From a virus (taxonomy: Duplodnaviria > Caudoviricetes): a stretch of 64,000 bases of DNA. Where the stretch lies: the IMG/VR virus record IMGVR_UViG_3300006204_000007, positions 14,960-78,959 of that record, one strand, 5' to 3'. The notes below the pieces were generated by a model that ran no database searches, was not told the origin of the DNA, and was given only the letters and a program-made list of their open reading frames with translations. Made by a program: the position numbers and the translations under genes. Position 1 is the stretch's first letter. Every line of letters begins with the position of its first letter. Positions 54,684 through 64,000 of this stretch are shown here, piece by piece.

Positions 54684-57304
54684 ATTTTTAATGCCTCCTT
54701 GTAAAAACTTTCTATGTAATTTTGTGCTTCTTTCTCATAATTGATAAATTCTTCTGGTTCTTCCTGCACAAAATTTTCCATTCTTTCTGTTTCAAATCCC
54801 AACTGCCTTGCTTTTATTTCCCATCCAAATTTAAGGAAAGGAGTTCCTTTAACAAGGAAGTAATTCGGTTTCCTTTCCTCCACACACACATCCCCTTGCC
54901 CGTATTTTTGCAGGAATACCTGATACTGGCAGGATGTATTTATGGTTTCATAAAATATGTCATCTATGGATATGTAACATATTCCATTTTCATCTAGTGT
55001 AGCTTCCCCGATATCCCCAAAATATGGCTTGGTGGTTTCATAGCAGTATAATAGGCGGTCGGAATAATTTTGAGTTTTTGCAAGGCGTGATTTACTTCCG
55101 TCTGCCAATAAATATCCATCCACAGATAAATTTTTAAGTTTGCAAAGCTGCGTAGTTCCATTATCTGAAAGAAACATTTGAGAGCCGATGCCTATTCTGC
55201 ATCCATAATTACCTCCTCCAAACATTTTTATATCATTTCCTATGTTTAAATTTGTTTCACCATTTGCCAAATATTTTGCAATATATATTCCTCCAAATTT
55301 TATATGTGCAGTTTCCTCATCTTTAAAACTAATTTTGTTTTCTCCTACAAAATTTATAGTATTATATTTTTCGCCGTTTCCTCCTTCAAACGCAAGAATT
55401 TCCAAAAGTTTTTGTTCGTTTTTTGTTACATAAATTCCCGAAATTCCTATTTTAATTTCTGAACTTCCATATATGTACACAGTTCCATTGAATTTGGAAT
55501 CAACAGCTCCTATATTAACGTATTCTTTTGAATCACTATTAATTTTTAATCCAGTGGCAGAAATAGCTGTGAATGAATCACCAGTGGTATATCCACATCT
55601 AATAGATAACGCTGACATACCAGTTTGCCACCCTCCACTTCTTAAAATTATTCTGGAATCTTTTTCGTTGCTTGTATGAATGTTGACGATTCCCCCGGTA
55701 ATATTCGCAGAATTAGTGGTAATTCCATCTTTATCAAATCTTCCTATCTCATTTCCTTTTGCATCATAAATCACACACGAGCCATCAATATTGTTATCGC
55801 CGCCAAGGGTAAGAGTGCCGCCTTTTATCCAGTCGGCTACAATGCCAATCGCATAAAGGATATTTACTACTGCATTTCCGTTTTTATCGAATCCGGCCGT
55901 ATAGGTTTTCCCCCCGTCAGTTGATATAAAAAACCCGTCAATGGTCTGTTTGTAAATTGTTTTTGATCCTGCTAAACTTGGCTTATCATGGAGATAAGTT
56001 ATAACACTTCCGTCCGGCTGTTTTTCTACCGTTGTATGGTATCCAAGGGCGTTTCCGGCAATCTGCGTCATATTCTGCACGGCCTTGTCATAAGTGGAAA
56101 GCTGTTTTTCTGTGTTTCTCCGCGCTTCCACAACTGCGGCCGCCGCTTCAGAATAATACATGCTGCCGTTCCTGACCGGGTCTTCCGCTTCGCAGGATAC
56201 TTGCGTATAAGAACCGACTGTATAGGAAACGGAATTTATTATCGAAACATACACATTCCCTTTCCAATCCGACACCCTTACTACTTCAAAAGGTTCGTAA
56301 AGAGGATTATTTAATATCTGCGCGGAAAAAGGCCGGAAAACCATGCCAACTATGCGGCCGCCAAGGTAGTTTGCTACTTCCTGCTCTTTTCCTGCTGCAA
56401 AAGGATTTTTTACTTCAATCAAATATCCTTCTTCACCAAATATAGCAAAATTATCGTCTTCGCCAATTACTTTAACTCCCGTAATCTGCACATCATCCGT
56501 ATGCACGTCAAGAGATTTTACACGGAATATATGTTCCGGCATATCTGAAAAATTGCCGCCAGAAATAATGGTGTTTGTGCTGTAATCCGTAAAATTGCCG
56601 CCGTCAAGTATGGTATCATGAGGATATGTCTTAAAATCCCCACCAACATAATTATACTGCTCCAATAATGCGGAGTTGTACCAAATTAACTGCATATATC
56701 CGTCATTGTCTATCCGGGCGTTATATCCGGCTATCTGGCAGGCATAGGAAACAATCTGCCGGTAAGTTCCCGATTCCGGCTTTTCCTTTACGGTAAAAGA
56801 CATATTATCAAACTGCCGGAAGCCTATGGGGATGCCGCAGTCAAGGCAGGCATCCGTGAGAATTGTCTGCAAAGTGGCCGGATATGAGGTTTTGCTGGTG
56901 GAATAGTCCTTATCCAGCAAAAACATTCCATCTACTGCATTGATTTCTATGATTTCCCCTTTTGTAGACGGAATCGTGGCATAATACACTCCTTTGCGGA
57001 TTTTTTCTATGGTTCCATCATCCATGGCCATTGCGACATAAACGCGGATTATGGAGTTATAGAAGTCATATCTGGAGAACCGTTCATCATGGTTTGCAAT
57101 CTTTATGGCCAATGTCTTCCCAACCACAAAACCTACACCAAATTTACCATCTGTGGTCTTGTCTTCTATGCTGCATCCTCCTATCATGAAATCCTTTGGT
57201 TCCAAGTGCAGGACGGTACCGTCTGACAGAGTCACGTCTGCATAATTTACGACCGCCGCGCCGTTTTTCAGTTTTTCCTTAAATTCTTTACTTGCATTTA
57301 TCAT
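54680..57304 (-). CDS. Tail tip/baseplate hub protein
   Basis: Paralog of 3610..6036. Confidence 0.75.
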   Translation of the reverse strand: MINASKEFKEKLKNGAAVVNYADVTLSDGTVLHLEPKDFMIGGCSIEDKTTDGKFGVGFVVGKTLAIKIANHDERFSRYDFYNSIIRVYVAMAMDDGTIEKIRKGVYYATIPSTKGEIIEINAVDGMFLLDKDYSTSKTSYPATLQTILTDACLDCGIPIGFRQFDNMSFTVKEKPESGTYRQIVSYACQIAGYNARIDNDGYMQLIWYNSALLEQYNYVGGDFKTYPHDTILDGGNFTDYSTNTIISGGNFSDMPEHIFRVKSLDVHTDDVQITGVKVIGEDDNFAIFGEEGYLIEVKNPFAAGKEQEVANYLGGRIVGMVFRPFSAQILNNPLYEPFEVVRVSDWKGNVYVSIINSVSYTVGSYTQVSCEAEDPVRNGSMYYSEAAAAVVEARRNTEKQLSTYDKAVQNMTQIAGNALGYHTTVEKQPDGSVITYLHDKPSLAGSKTIYKQTIDGFFISTDGGKTYTAGFDKNGNAVVNILYAIGIVADWIKGGTLTLGGDNNIDGSCVIYDAKGNEIGRFDKDGITTNSANITGGIVNIHTSNEKDSRIILRSGGWQTGMSALSIRCGYTTGDSFTAISATGLKINSDSKEYVNIGAVDSKFNGTVYIYGSSEIKIGISGIYVTKNEQKLLEILAFEGGNGEKYNTINFVGENKISFKDEETAHIKFGGIYIAKYLANGETNLNIGNDIKMFGGGNYGCRIGIGSQMFLSDNGTTQLCKLKNLSVDGYLLADGSKSRLAKTQNYSDRLLYCYETTKPYFGDIGEATLDENGICYISIDDIFYETINTSCQYQVFLQKYGQGDVCVEERKPNYFLVKGTPFLKFGWEIKARQLGFETERMENFVQEEPEEFINYEKEAQNYIESFYKEALKI

Positions 57305-57672
57305 ACTGGATTTATCCCCACTGCATTAAATGATAATGATTCCCAAACAAAATGGCTGTTTGATACCCTTAAAGTTCCCAAGCTGTAATTTGATGTGTAA
57401 AACTGGCCCGTTTTCCAACCGCCTGTTACCGGGCTTAAATACCGCATGGTGTAGCCGCTCCTGTTTAGTATTTGGCCGATGATTTTAGCCACTTCCTCCG
57501 GCTCTATGTACCTCCATTCAAACGCATAGCTTTCTATCGTTCCCATGGGCGTGTTGTGCATTACCAAGTCTTGCGTCCTGTCCGAATCTTCCGTTGATGT
57601 CGTTGCCATGGATGGACGGAAGGCATCTGGCGTTTTGACTTTTATTCCATTAAATTCAAATGGCCTGTTCAT
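57301..57672 (-). CDS. Distal tail (Dit-like) protein
   Basis: Paralog of 6033..6404. Confidence 0.7.
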   Translation of the reverse strand: MNRPFEFNGIKVKTPDAFRPSMATTSTEDSDRTQDLVMHNTPMGTIESYAFEWRYIEPEEVAKIIGQILNRSGYTMRYLSPVTGGWKTGQFYTSNYSLGTLRVSNSHFVWESLSFNAVGINPV

Positions 57673-57684
57673 GATACCTCCCTC

Positions 57685-60600
57685 CTATGTTGTTCCAAGC
57701 GCAAACATATTGTTTCCTGTTGCCATCTGCTGAATTTTTCCTTCTTTTACCACTGACTCTGCAACTTGTTTTCCGTCAAGATATTGCTTTATAATGATTG
57801 TTTGCGGATTGCTATTGATCCTGTTTCCAGTTATTCCAAGTTCCGACAGCACTTCCAAAATAGATTCCCTGTTAGCTTTTTTTATTGTATCAAGCGGAGC
57901 CTCGACATTTGTACCATGTTTCTGATCGCCCAGTACGGCCAAAAATTCTTTGTTTGCCGGTATTACCGCTCCTGTGGCCAGCTTTGGTATTGGAGTGGTT
58001 CTTAGCGAATCAAACGCCGGACTTTGATACATTGACAAAGAAGCTGGTGTGAAAGAATAACTTCTCCCGTAAGAATAAGAGCTTGTGCTTCTGGATGAAA
58101 TTACCCGCGAGGTAAGGCTTCTTAAAGAATTGCCAAGCGATCCGATTGTGCTGGAAATCCATCCAAATACGGAACTTATTGTATTTTTTACCGAATCCAG
58201 CACGGAGCCGACCTTGCCCTGCATTCCTTCCCATGCCCGCGACCATATATTTTGCGCACTGGATGAAAAATTGCTGATCGCGCTTTGCATCCCGGAAAAT
58301 TTATCCCGGACGCTCCCGGCCATGGACTGCGCGGAGGATACTGCCTTTTCCTTTATATTGCCCCATGCGGATGCTGTTGTTTCCTTGGCTTTCGCCCATG
58401 CATTCGCAATATTGGTTTTTACATTTTCTGCCGACTCTTTTACGTTGGATTTAATATTTGTCCATGATTCCTTTATTCCATTTTTCACATTATCAAACGT
58501 GGCCTTTGCGCCGGATTTTATATTGTTCCATTTTTCGGAAAGGTTCTGTTTGATGCCATCCCAAACTTGCGATGCCGTCTGCTTAATGGAATTCCAGGTA
58601 TTTCCAAGAAAATCCTTCACCCCATTCCAAATATTGACCGCAGTTTCTTTCATCCCTTCCCATATGGCTTTTACATCGCCTACAAGGCTCAATATGCCGT
58701 TCAACAGGCCTTGGATGATGTATTTTCCCATTTCGGCCATGACGGTGGACGGGGAGTGGATGCCGAAAAGGGATTTGAATGCATCCATAAAAGGTTTGAA
58801 TATATGGTCATGTATCCAATCTCCGATTCCGACTATAGCATCCACAATTCCCTGCATAAGTCCAAAGATTATATCTTTACCAATTTCCCATATTCCAGAT
58901 ACTATAGTTCTAATTCCTTCTACAAATCCTTCAACAACAGTTTGCAATCCCTTAAAAGCTAATTCCCAATCTCCAGAAAAGACTCCTGTTAAAAAATCAA
59001 TAATTCCTCCTATAACCGTTATAATAGAATTTATAGCATCTGAAACATATCCTACAAATTTTACTAATTCATCCCATACAGCCTTTATAACTGGAAGGAT
59101 TTTAGGAAGAACATTATCTATAATCCACGCAATAAAAGGTTGCAATATGTTTTCCCATAAAGCTTTCAACAAATCTGCAACTTTACCCAAAAGTTCAATA
59201 AAATTATCAACCATTGGCTGTATATGGGTTTTCCACAATTTGTCAAAATCTTTTGCCATTTGTTTAAGAATTGGTTGTACTTTTCCATTCCAAAAATCTA
59301 AAAATCTTTTAACTAAATCAGATAACCCATCAGCAATCGAATCAAAAAACGGTTTAAAATGTTCATCATACACTTCATTCAGTTTGTCAAACGTATCATC
59401 CACCGCATCCTTTATAGTTCCGGCCACATCTGCCAGGACTCCAAGAAACCCTTCTAAAGCTGTGCGGAACCCTTCCTTGTTTTCCACAAATGGCTGTATA
59501 AATATATTGAGAACATCCCTTATAAGTTTTGATGCAAGCTCCGTCACTCCCATAAATGCATCCGTAAATATGCCAATAAGGTTTGCGGTAAGCCGCTGGC
59601 CATCTTCGCTTGCAAATGCTTCAAATACATATGCAAAGGACTGGAATAAGTCTGATAACAGGTAGTTTACTTCTTCCCATATGTCAAACATAGAAACAAG
59701 ATGATCTTTTATCCTTTCCTTATTTTCTTCCAGGTATTTTGCAATGCCGCCTACAATGTTAGTAGCAATCGTCAGCCCTATGCTTGCCGTAGCACCGACA
59801 AGGCTGCCCAACATATACGCGACAGATTTCACGAAACTGTCTGCGGCAGAAATAACTTCCGGGTTCGTAAAAATATCCTTAAGACTTTCCTTTATGGATG
59901 CTATGCTGTCCTTTATGGAGTCCCACCGATACTCCCAATCGCCCAGCCCGTCAAAAAAGCCCTGTTTGAAAATCCCGGCCAACTCTTTCAATTTCCCTAT
60001 TAAACCGTCGGCCGATTCGCTTACTTTATCTAGGACATTTTCACCCTCTGCGACCTTACCATAATCTATATTTTCAATTTCACTGATATTTCCAATGTCT
60101 ATCCCTGCTTCCGGTTGCTCTAAATCAGCAAGTTCTTCATTTTTACTGAATTTGTTTATTTCATCAAGAGGGCTTAAATATCCTTCTGCGGCTTTTTCCG
60201 CATCTTTGGTTGCATCGGCCACTTTTTCTGTAGATATTGCCAAATTATCTGCCGCGTCTGCCGCATCATTATATCCGTCAATGGAGTCACCTAAACCGCC
60301 TCCAGCCATTCCGGCTTTTGCCGCCACTCCGCTTCCTGCAGAAGCTTTTTTGCCTGTTATTAACTCCGTAAAAGATTTAAAGGCATTGGCAACCGTTGCA
60401 AGTTTTTCAAGCAATATATTGATAACCTTTATAGCAGGCGTAAAGATATTGATAAGTCCCTGTCCTATGGTTGCCATTAAGCTTTCAATCTGCAATTTTA
60501 AAATTCTTGTCTGGTTTGCCCAACTGTCTGATGTACGGATAAAATCCCCGGATGCTCCGGCAAGCTGGTCTATCACAAATTGATACCTTAAGGCGACTTT

Positions 60601-61188
60601 TTCCTGCTCCGTCATTTTGCTTGTAGTTTTCCCGAAACCATTGGCAAGAGCGTACTGGTCAAGAGCAGCTTGCGTCATGACAACGCCAAGTTCTTTCAAT
60701 GTCTCTGTTTCTCCCGTAAATACGGATTTCAGCTTTATGTATGCTTCGTCTTGCGAGATGTTATAAAAAGATGCAACATCCCCTGATAATTGCGTCAGAG
60801 CAGTAGACATCTTATAGGCTTCATCCTCCGCAAAACCAAAAGATTTTGACATGGCACCAAACGTACCGACATACCTTTTTGCCATGGTTTCCGATAAACC
60901 GGCAGATACGGCAGCGTTTTTTGCAAATTCATTCACTTTTTCTGACATGGTGGTAAATGTCACGTCCACAACATTCTGCACTTCTTCCAAATCAGAGCCT
61001 AATTCTATGGCTTCTTTTCCGAACTGAATAAGTTTTTTTACAGCAAAAACAGAAGCAAGTAGAGCGGCAGTACTTCTTGCAGCTTCGCTAATACGGCTTA
61101 AAGACCCCCTTACCGCTGATTCTCCACGCCTGATTCCATTTGTATCAATTTCTGTATTTATCCTTATGCTTCCGTCATACTGCGCCAT
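57685..61188 (-). CDS. Tape measure protein
   Basis: 1167 aa with 11-residue Trp repeats; N-terminus shared with 6414..9641. Confidence 0.92.
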   Translation of the reverse strand: MAQYDGSIRINTEIDTNGIRRGESAVRGSLSRISEAARSTAALLASVFAVKKLIQFGKEAIELGSDLEEVQNVVDVTFTTMSEKVNEFAKNAAVSAGLSETMAKRYVGTFGAMSKSFGFAEDEAYKMSTALTQLSGDVASFYNISQDEAYIKLKSVFTGETETLKELGVVMTQAALDQYALANGFGKTTSKMTEQEKVALRYQFVIDQLAGASGDFIRTSDSWANQTRILKLQIESLMATIGQGLINIFTPAIKVINILLEKLATVANAFKSFTELITGKKASAGSGVAAKAGMAGGGLGDSIDGYNDAADAADNLAISTEKVADATKDAEKAAEGYLSPLDEINKFSKNEELADLEQPEAGIDIGNISEIENIDYGKVAEGENVLDKVSESADGLIGKLKELAGIFKQGFFDGLGDWEYRWDSIKDSIASIKESLKDIFTNPEVISAADSFVKSVAYMLGSLVGATASIGLTIATNIVGGIAKYLEENKERIKDHLVSMFDIWEEVNYLLSDLFQSFAYVFEAFASEDGQRLTANLIGIFTDAFMGVTELASKLIRDVLNIFIQPFVENKEGFRTALEGFLGVLADVAGTIKDAVDDTFDKLNEVYDEHFKPFFDSIADGLSDLVKRFLDFWNGKVQPILKQMAKDFDKLWKTHIQPMVDNFIELLGKVADLLKALWENILQPFIAWIIDNVLPKILPVIKAVWDELVKFVGYVSDAINSIITVIGGIIDFLTGVFSGDWELAFKGLQTVVEGFVEGIRTIVSGIWEIGKDIIFGLMQGIVDAIVGIGDWIHDHIFKPFMDAFKSLFGIHSPSTVMAEMGKYIIQGLLNGILSLVGDVKAIWEGMKETAVNIWNGVKDFLGNTWNSIKQTASQVWDGIKQNLSEKWNNIKSGAKATFDNVKNGIKESWTNIKSNVKESAENVKTNIANAWAKAKETTASAWGNIKEKAVSSAQSMAGSVRDKFSGMQSAISNFSSSAQNIWSRAWEGMQGKVGSVLDSVKNTISSVFGWISSTIGSLGNSLRSLTSRVISSRSTSSYSYGRSYSFTPASLSMYQSPAFDSLRTTPIPKLATGAVIPANKEFLAVLGDQKHGTNVEAPLDTIKKANRESILEVLSELGITGNRINSNPQTIIIKQYLDGKQVAESVVKEGKIQQMATGNNMFALGTT

Positions 61189-61205
61189 AAAATCACCCGT
61201 AAAAT

Positions 61206-61246
61206 AAAAAAGTGCCAGAATAACGTCAACACGTACTTACCGGCAC
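61206..61246 (-). promoter_or_regulatory. GTGCCGG...CTGGCAC hairpin plus U-tract in the tape measure leader
   Basis: Stem seen directly; equivalent to 9629..9669. Confidence 0.6.
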
Positions 61247-61294
61247 CGTTTAGCCGTTATCTACAACCGTTTATGCAGATCTCATATTTAATTT

Positions 61295-61327
61295 ATTTTA
61301 GCATGGTTTTTGAGTGGATTTGTACCA
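61295..61327 (-). promoter_or_regulatory. TGGTACAA-N19-TAAAAT promoter upstream of tape measure gene
   Basis: Box 61320..61327, -10 at 61295..61300 with extended TG. Confidence 0.8.
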
Positions 61328-61346
61328 AATTAAAAGAGCAGTATTT

Positions 61347-61529
61347 CTACTGCCCTTTATCCATAATTTTATATTTTAAGTCTATCCCTTGTCGGATAAG
61401 TTCTGATTTTGAGATTCCTTCTTTTTCACATATAGCCTTTACCTTTTTTTCTGTTTCCTCGTCTACTCGTATTTGATAGAGTATATCTTTGGGTGTATCG
61501 GTTAGTTTAGTACCTTTTTTTATTCCCAT
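61347..61529 (-). CDS. Ribbon-helix-helix (CopG-like) protein
   Basis: QIRVDEETEKKVKAICEKEGISKSELIRQGI. Confidence 0.8.
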   Translation of the reverse strand: MGIKKGTKLTDTPKDILYQIRVDEETEKKVKAICEKEGISKSELIRQGIDLKYKIMDKGQ

Positions 61530-61532
61530 ATT

Positions 61533-61784
61533 TTAGACCTCGTACCATTCGCCATAAAAACCAAAATCTCCAAACTGACAGGTCACAACATCATCTTTCT
61601 CGGGAGCAACGCCGTACCAAGGTAAATTCGCAATAACTTCTCCGTCCTCGCCCTCAATCCTAACAGACTGTTGCGTGTATGTAAGACCTTCTTCTGCAAC
61701 TCTCATAGCATCTTCTAAAGTTCCCTCGATTTCCTCGTTTCCTGCTCCCGTTCCGTAATTTACATAATATTTCATATTTTCCAC
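61533..61784 (-). CDS. Small acidic moron protein
   Basis: Acidic 83 aa with own promoter region at 61820-61860. Confidence 0.7.
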   Translation of the reverse strand: MENMKYYVNYGTGAGNEEIEGTLEDAMRVAEEGLTYTQQSVRIEGEDGEVIANLPWYGVAPEKDDVVTCQFGDFGFYGEWYEV

Positions 61785-61895
61785 CTTTAAGCCTTTTGGC
61801 TTTCCTCTCTGTTTTGTTTGTAATTACATTATAACAGAAAGTTTTTTCTTTGTCAATACAAAGTTAAATTTTTAAAAAATAAAGGAACGATATTT

Positions 61896-62033
61896 CTACC
61901 GCTCCTTATCTGACTTTACAATTTTAAGTTTTTCTTCCAAAATCACAATTCCGTCTTTATTCTTTTTGACTTTTGCAGTGTTGCCCTGCCCCGCAATCTC
62001 CCGGGCAGTCTTTCCAATCTCTTTATCCGTCAT
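61896..62033 (-). CDS. Small conserved protein after tail chaperone (45 aa)
   Basis: Paralog of 13045..13197. Confidence 0.7.
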   Translation of the reverse strand: MTDKEIGKTAREIAGQGNTAKVKKNKDGIVILEEKLKIVKSDKER

Positions 62034-62623
62034 CCTAACACCTCGTCCAACAATGCTTTATATTCGTCCTCCTGTTCCTGTTCTTCTTTGGTCTTTGGCT
62101 TTTTCATCAGCACCAGTTCTTTGTTATGAGAGAGGAACTCTTTCTCATGCTTTTCCAGCTTCTTACCCTTATTCAGCTTATTTCTAATCCCTACAATAAA
62201 GGAGAATGTACCTTCTCCCACTTCGTTAAAATATCCAAGAAACGTCCACCAGTGCAGGTAATCCAGTTCTCTCGTTTCTCTCCCGGCAACCTTATTGACC
62301 GCAGAAAAAATCATTTGTTCGTCTTGCGTCCAGCTATATGTTGGCTGTTCAAGCACCTGTTTTTCCGGCTGCCCGGCAGAAATGAACCATGATATTTGTT
62401 TCATTGCTTCTTCCAAGTCAAAGCCATTCTGCCCCGCCTGCAGCACATCATCATCACAGGAAAAATTATCAAACAGCAGATAGATTGCCACAATCCATTT
62501 TTCCTCTTGGGTCAGCTCTGGGTCTTGAAACGCTTCAAAGACTTGAAGGACATTGCGGTAGTCGGTTCGGATAGGGTAATCCACGCCGCTAACCGTCAAC
62601 ACCTCCGGCAATGCGCCTATCAT
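62030..62623 (-). CDS. Tail assembly chaperone (Gp15-like)
   Basis: Near-identical to 13194..13787. Confidence 0.85.
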   Translation of the reverse strand: MIGALPEVLTVSGVDYPIRTDYRNVLQVFEAFQDPELTQEEKWIVAIYLLFDNFSCDDDVLQAGQNGFDLEEAMKQISWFISAGQPEKQVLEQPTYSWTQDEQMIFSAVNKVAGRETRELDYLHWWTFLGYFNEVGEGTFSFIVGIRNKLNKGKKLEKHEKEFLSHNKELVLMKKPKTKEEQEQEDEYKALLDEVLG

Positions 62624-63132
62624 TTTGCTCCTTTCCTTTTATGGTCCTGCGGCTGATACTTAGCCATGCGCTGCTTGCTTGCCAGTTTATTCAGCTTGAC
62701 CTTGTGTTCAGACAACCTTTCAATGACCGGAATAAGAGAATCCCAGAAATCCATAAAGCACTCTAAATCCGGCTGGAAGTTCGGAATCACCGCATACACA
62801 TCACCAAAGAATTTCCGAGTTGTTCCCTCGCCGAAAACGTCGTCCATGATAGCAGTTGCCTTTTCAGAAAAATACTTTCGTTCCTCGATTTCCTTTTTAT
62901 AGTCCATCTCGCCGGAATCAGACTCTTTCTTCTCCATTTCCTCTGCTAATGCAATCAATTCATCGCCAGCCGCCCGGAACCTGTCAAAGATAGAAATGTC
63001 ATTGCCGGAAATCACGATAAAATCATCACCGCCGCCGACATAGACCTTTGTAAGCGTCACCCGGTTGTCAATCCTGATCTCTTCTGTTTTTGTATTTTCA
63101 TTTTCAATTTTCATTTCTTCAATTTCTGTCAT
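62620..63132 (-). CDS. Tail assembly chaperone
   Basis: Near-identical to 13784..14296. Confidence 0.75.
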   Translation of the reverse strand: MTEIEEMKIENENTKTEEIRIDNRVTLTKVYVGGGDDFIVISGNDISIFDRFRAAGDELIALAEEMEKKESDSGEMDYKKEIEERKYFSEKATAIMDDVFGEGTTRKFFGDVYAVIPNFQPDLECFMDFWDSLIPVIERLSEHKVKLNKLASKQRMAKYQPQDHKRKGAK

Positions 63133-63185
63133 ATTATTGTCCTTTCAAAAACGGGGCATATCCAAAACGAATACACCCCATTATT

Positions 63186-63773
63186 TTAACTAAGATTGCT
63201 CTTGCTGCTTGATTTGGTCTGCGCTGGTTCGCTTAATGCTGCCGGGGATGTTACGCTCTCCGGTGTAAATGTTGGCACTTTGTTAGACACAGATACCGTT
63301 CCCTGTGTTCTTCCGCCGTCCTCCGAAATCGTGAATGGGATTGCGTACCCGGAAGTACCACCTCCATCACTATCAAATACAACCTTGACAGGAACGCTGA
63401 ACCCTTTCCCCGTCAGCGTCTTTGTTGTGGAATCTTTAACCTCGTCTGTCAGGGTTGCGACAATCAGCGTGGCAGATGTGCGTTCATCATCAGTAGCAAG
63501 CGTGTCAACAATCGTCTGCAAGAAGGGATAAATCGCGTCCTCTCTCCTTGCTATGTAACCGTCATTACTAAGCGTAGGCGTATAGCCATTGTTCACGAAC
63601 GTGACTTCGCCCTGTACGTTTTTTACCTGCTCGCTGTCATTGTTTCCCTCAATGCTCAAATCATCACTGTCTTTACCAAGGCATGTGTAACCTTCATTAT
63701 CAAACGTCAGCCACATCGCCCGGCATCCCCTTAAAATCTTTCCCGTTTTCGGGGTTGCTGGTGTTTCAGGCAT
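63186..63773 (-). CDS. Major tail (tube) protein
   Basis: Diverged paralog of 14352..14912 with the same C-terminal tail. Confidence 0.8.
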   Translation of the reverse strand: MPETPATPKTGKILRGCRAMWLTFDNEGYTCLGKDSDDLSIEGNNDSEQVKNVQGEVTFVNNGYTPTLSNDGYIARREDAIYPFLQTIVDTLATDDERTSATLIVATLTDEVKDSTTKTLTGKGFSVPVKVVFDSDGGGTSGYAIPFTISEDGGRTQGTVSVSNKVPTFTPESVTSPAALSEPAQTKSSSKSNLS

Positions 63774-63787
63774 AATATTTCTCCTTT

Positions 63788-64000
63788 CTACTCTACTTCA
63801 TATTCCATCACCGCATCGGCGGCATAGACAGTGCTTTTATCCTGCCCTGTTTCATCCTTGTAAGGAATTGCCCCGGATGCCGTAATCTTCGTTATCGTCC
63901 TGCCGTTAGTCAGCAGGGGTAAATCTTTTGTGTTTTCAAGCCACCGCATGACACGCCCCACAAACGCCTGCGAATTGATACGCTGTGGCGAGGTCTGCGG
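63788..64000 (-). CDS. Tail terminator protein, partial (5' end outside the window)
   Basis: 3' end matches 14927..15376 (STVYAADAVMEYEVE). Confidence 0.75.
   Translation of the reverse strand, partial: PQTSPQRINSQAFVGRVMRWLENTKDLPLLTNGRTITKITASGAIPYKDETGQDKSTVYAADAVMEYEVE

Larger units (their letters stand above)
50703..64000. mobile_element. Prophage 2, lysis and tail end; related to prophage 1; continues beyond the window
   Basis: Lysin, holin and tail genes are paralogous to, but diverged from, those at 2.9-15.4 kb. Confidence 0.88.

Noticed and set aside
58085-59665. 526-aa plus-strand ORF (and 7927..8877, 316 aa)
   Set aside because: Antisense shadows of the tape measure genes with no RBS or recognisable domain.
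1-64000. Diversity-generating retroelement acting on tail fibres
   Set aside because: No reverse transcriptase ORF and no TR/VR pair differing at adenines; the variation seen is cassette-type. One could lie outside the window.

Overview
The whole window is temperate siphophage DNA of the kind found in gut Clostridia (Lachnospiraceae-like host, inferred from gene families; no host housekeeping gene is present). It holds two related prophages in tandem. Left prophage (<1 to ~50.7 kb): read right to left on the minus strand it runs cro, recombination/replication genes, terminase, portal, head, a ~12 kb accessory region (IS4 insertion, tRNA-Ile(UAU), a low-complexity gene cassette), capsid, tail and tail fibres; cI and the integrase are on the plus strand. 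Right prophage (~50.7 kb to >64 kb): lysin, holin, tail fibre and a second, paralogous tail module. The junction is a tRNA-3'-end att core flanked by integrase arm-type repeats. Main signals: (1) a minus-strand promoter motif TGGTACA(A/T)-N19-TAnnAT found 12 times across both prophages; (2) a candidate late activator with a C5-methyltransferase-like domain inserted in frame; (3) a shufflon-like set of tail-fibre C-terminal cassettes with 15-bp crossover sites and only a remnant of a recombinase; (4) a Gln/Gly/Cys/Tyr-rich cassette of unknown function; (5) tRNA-like mini-helices, an orphan iteron array and several candidate anti-defence morons. Family names come from motif recognition by eye, not from database searches.
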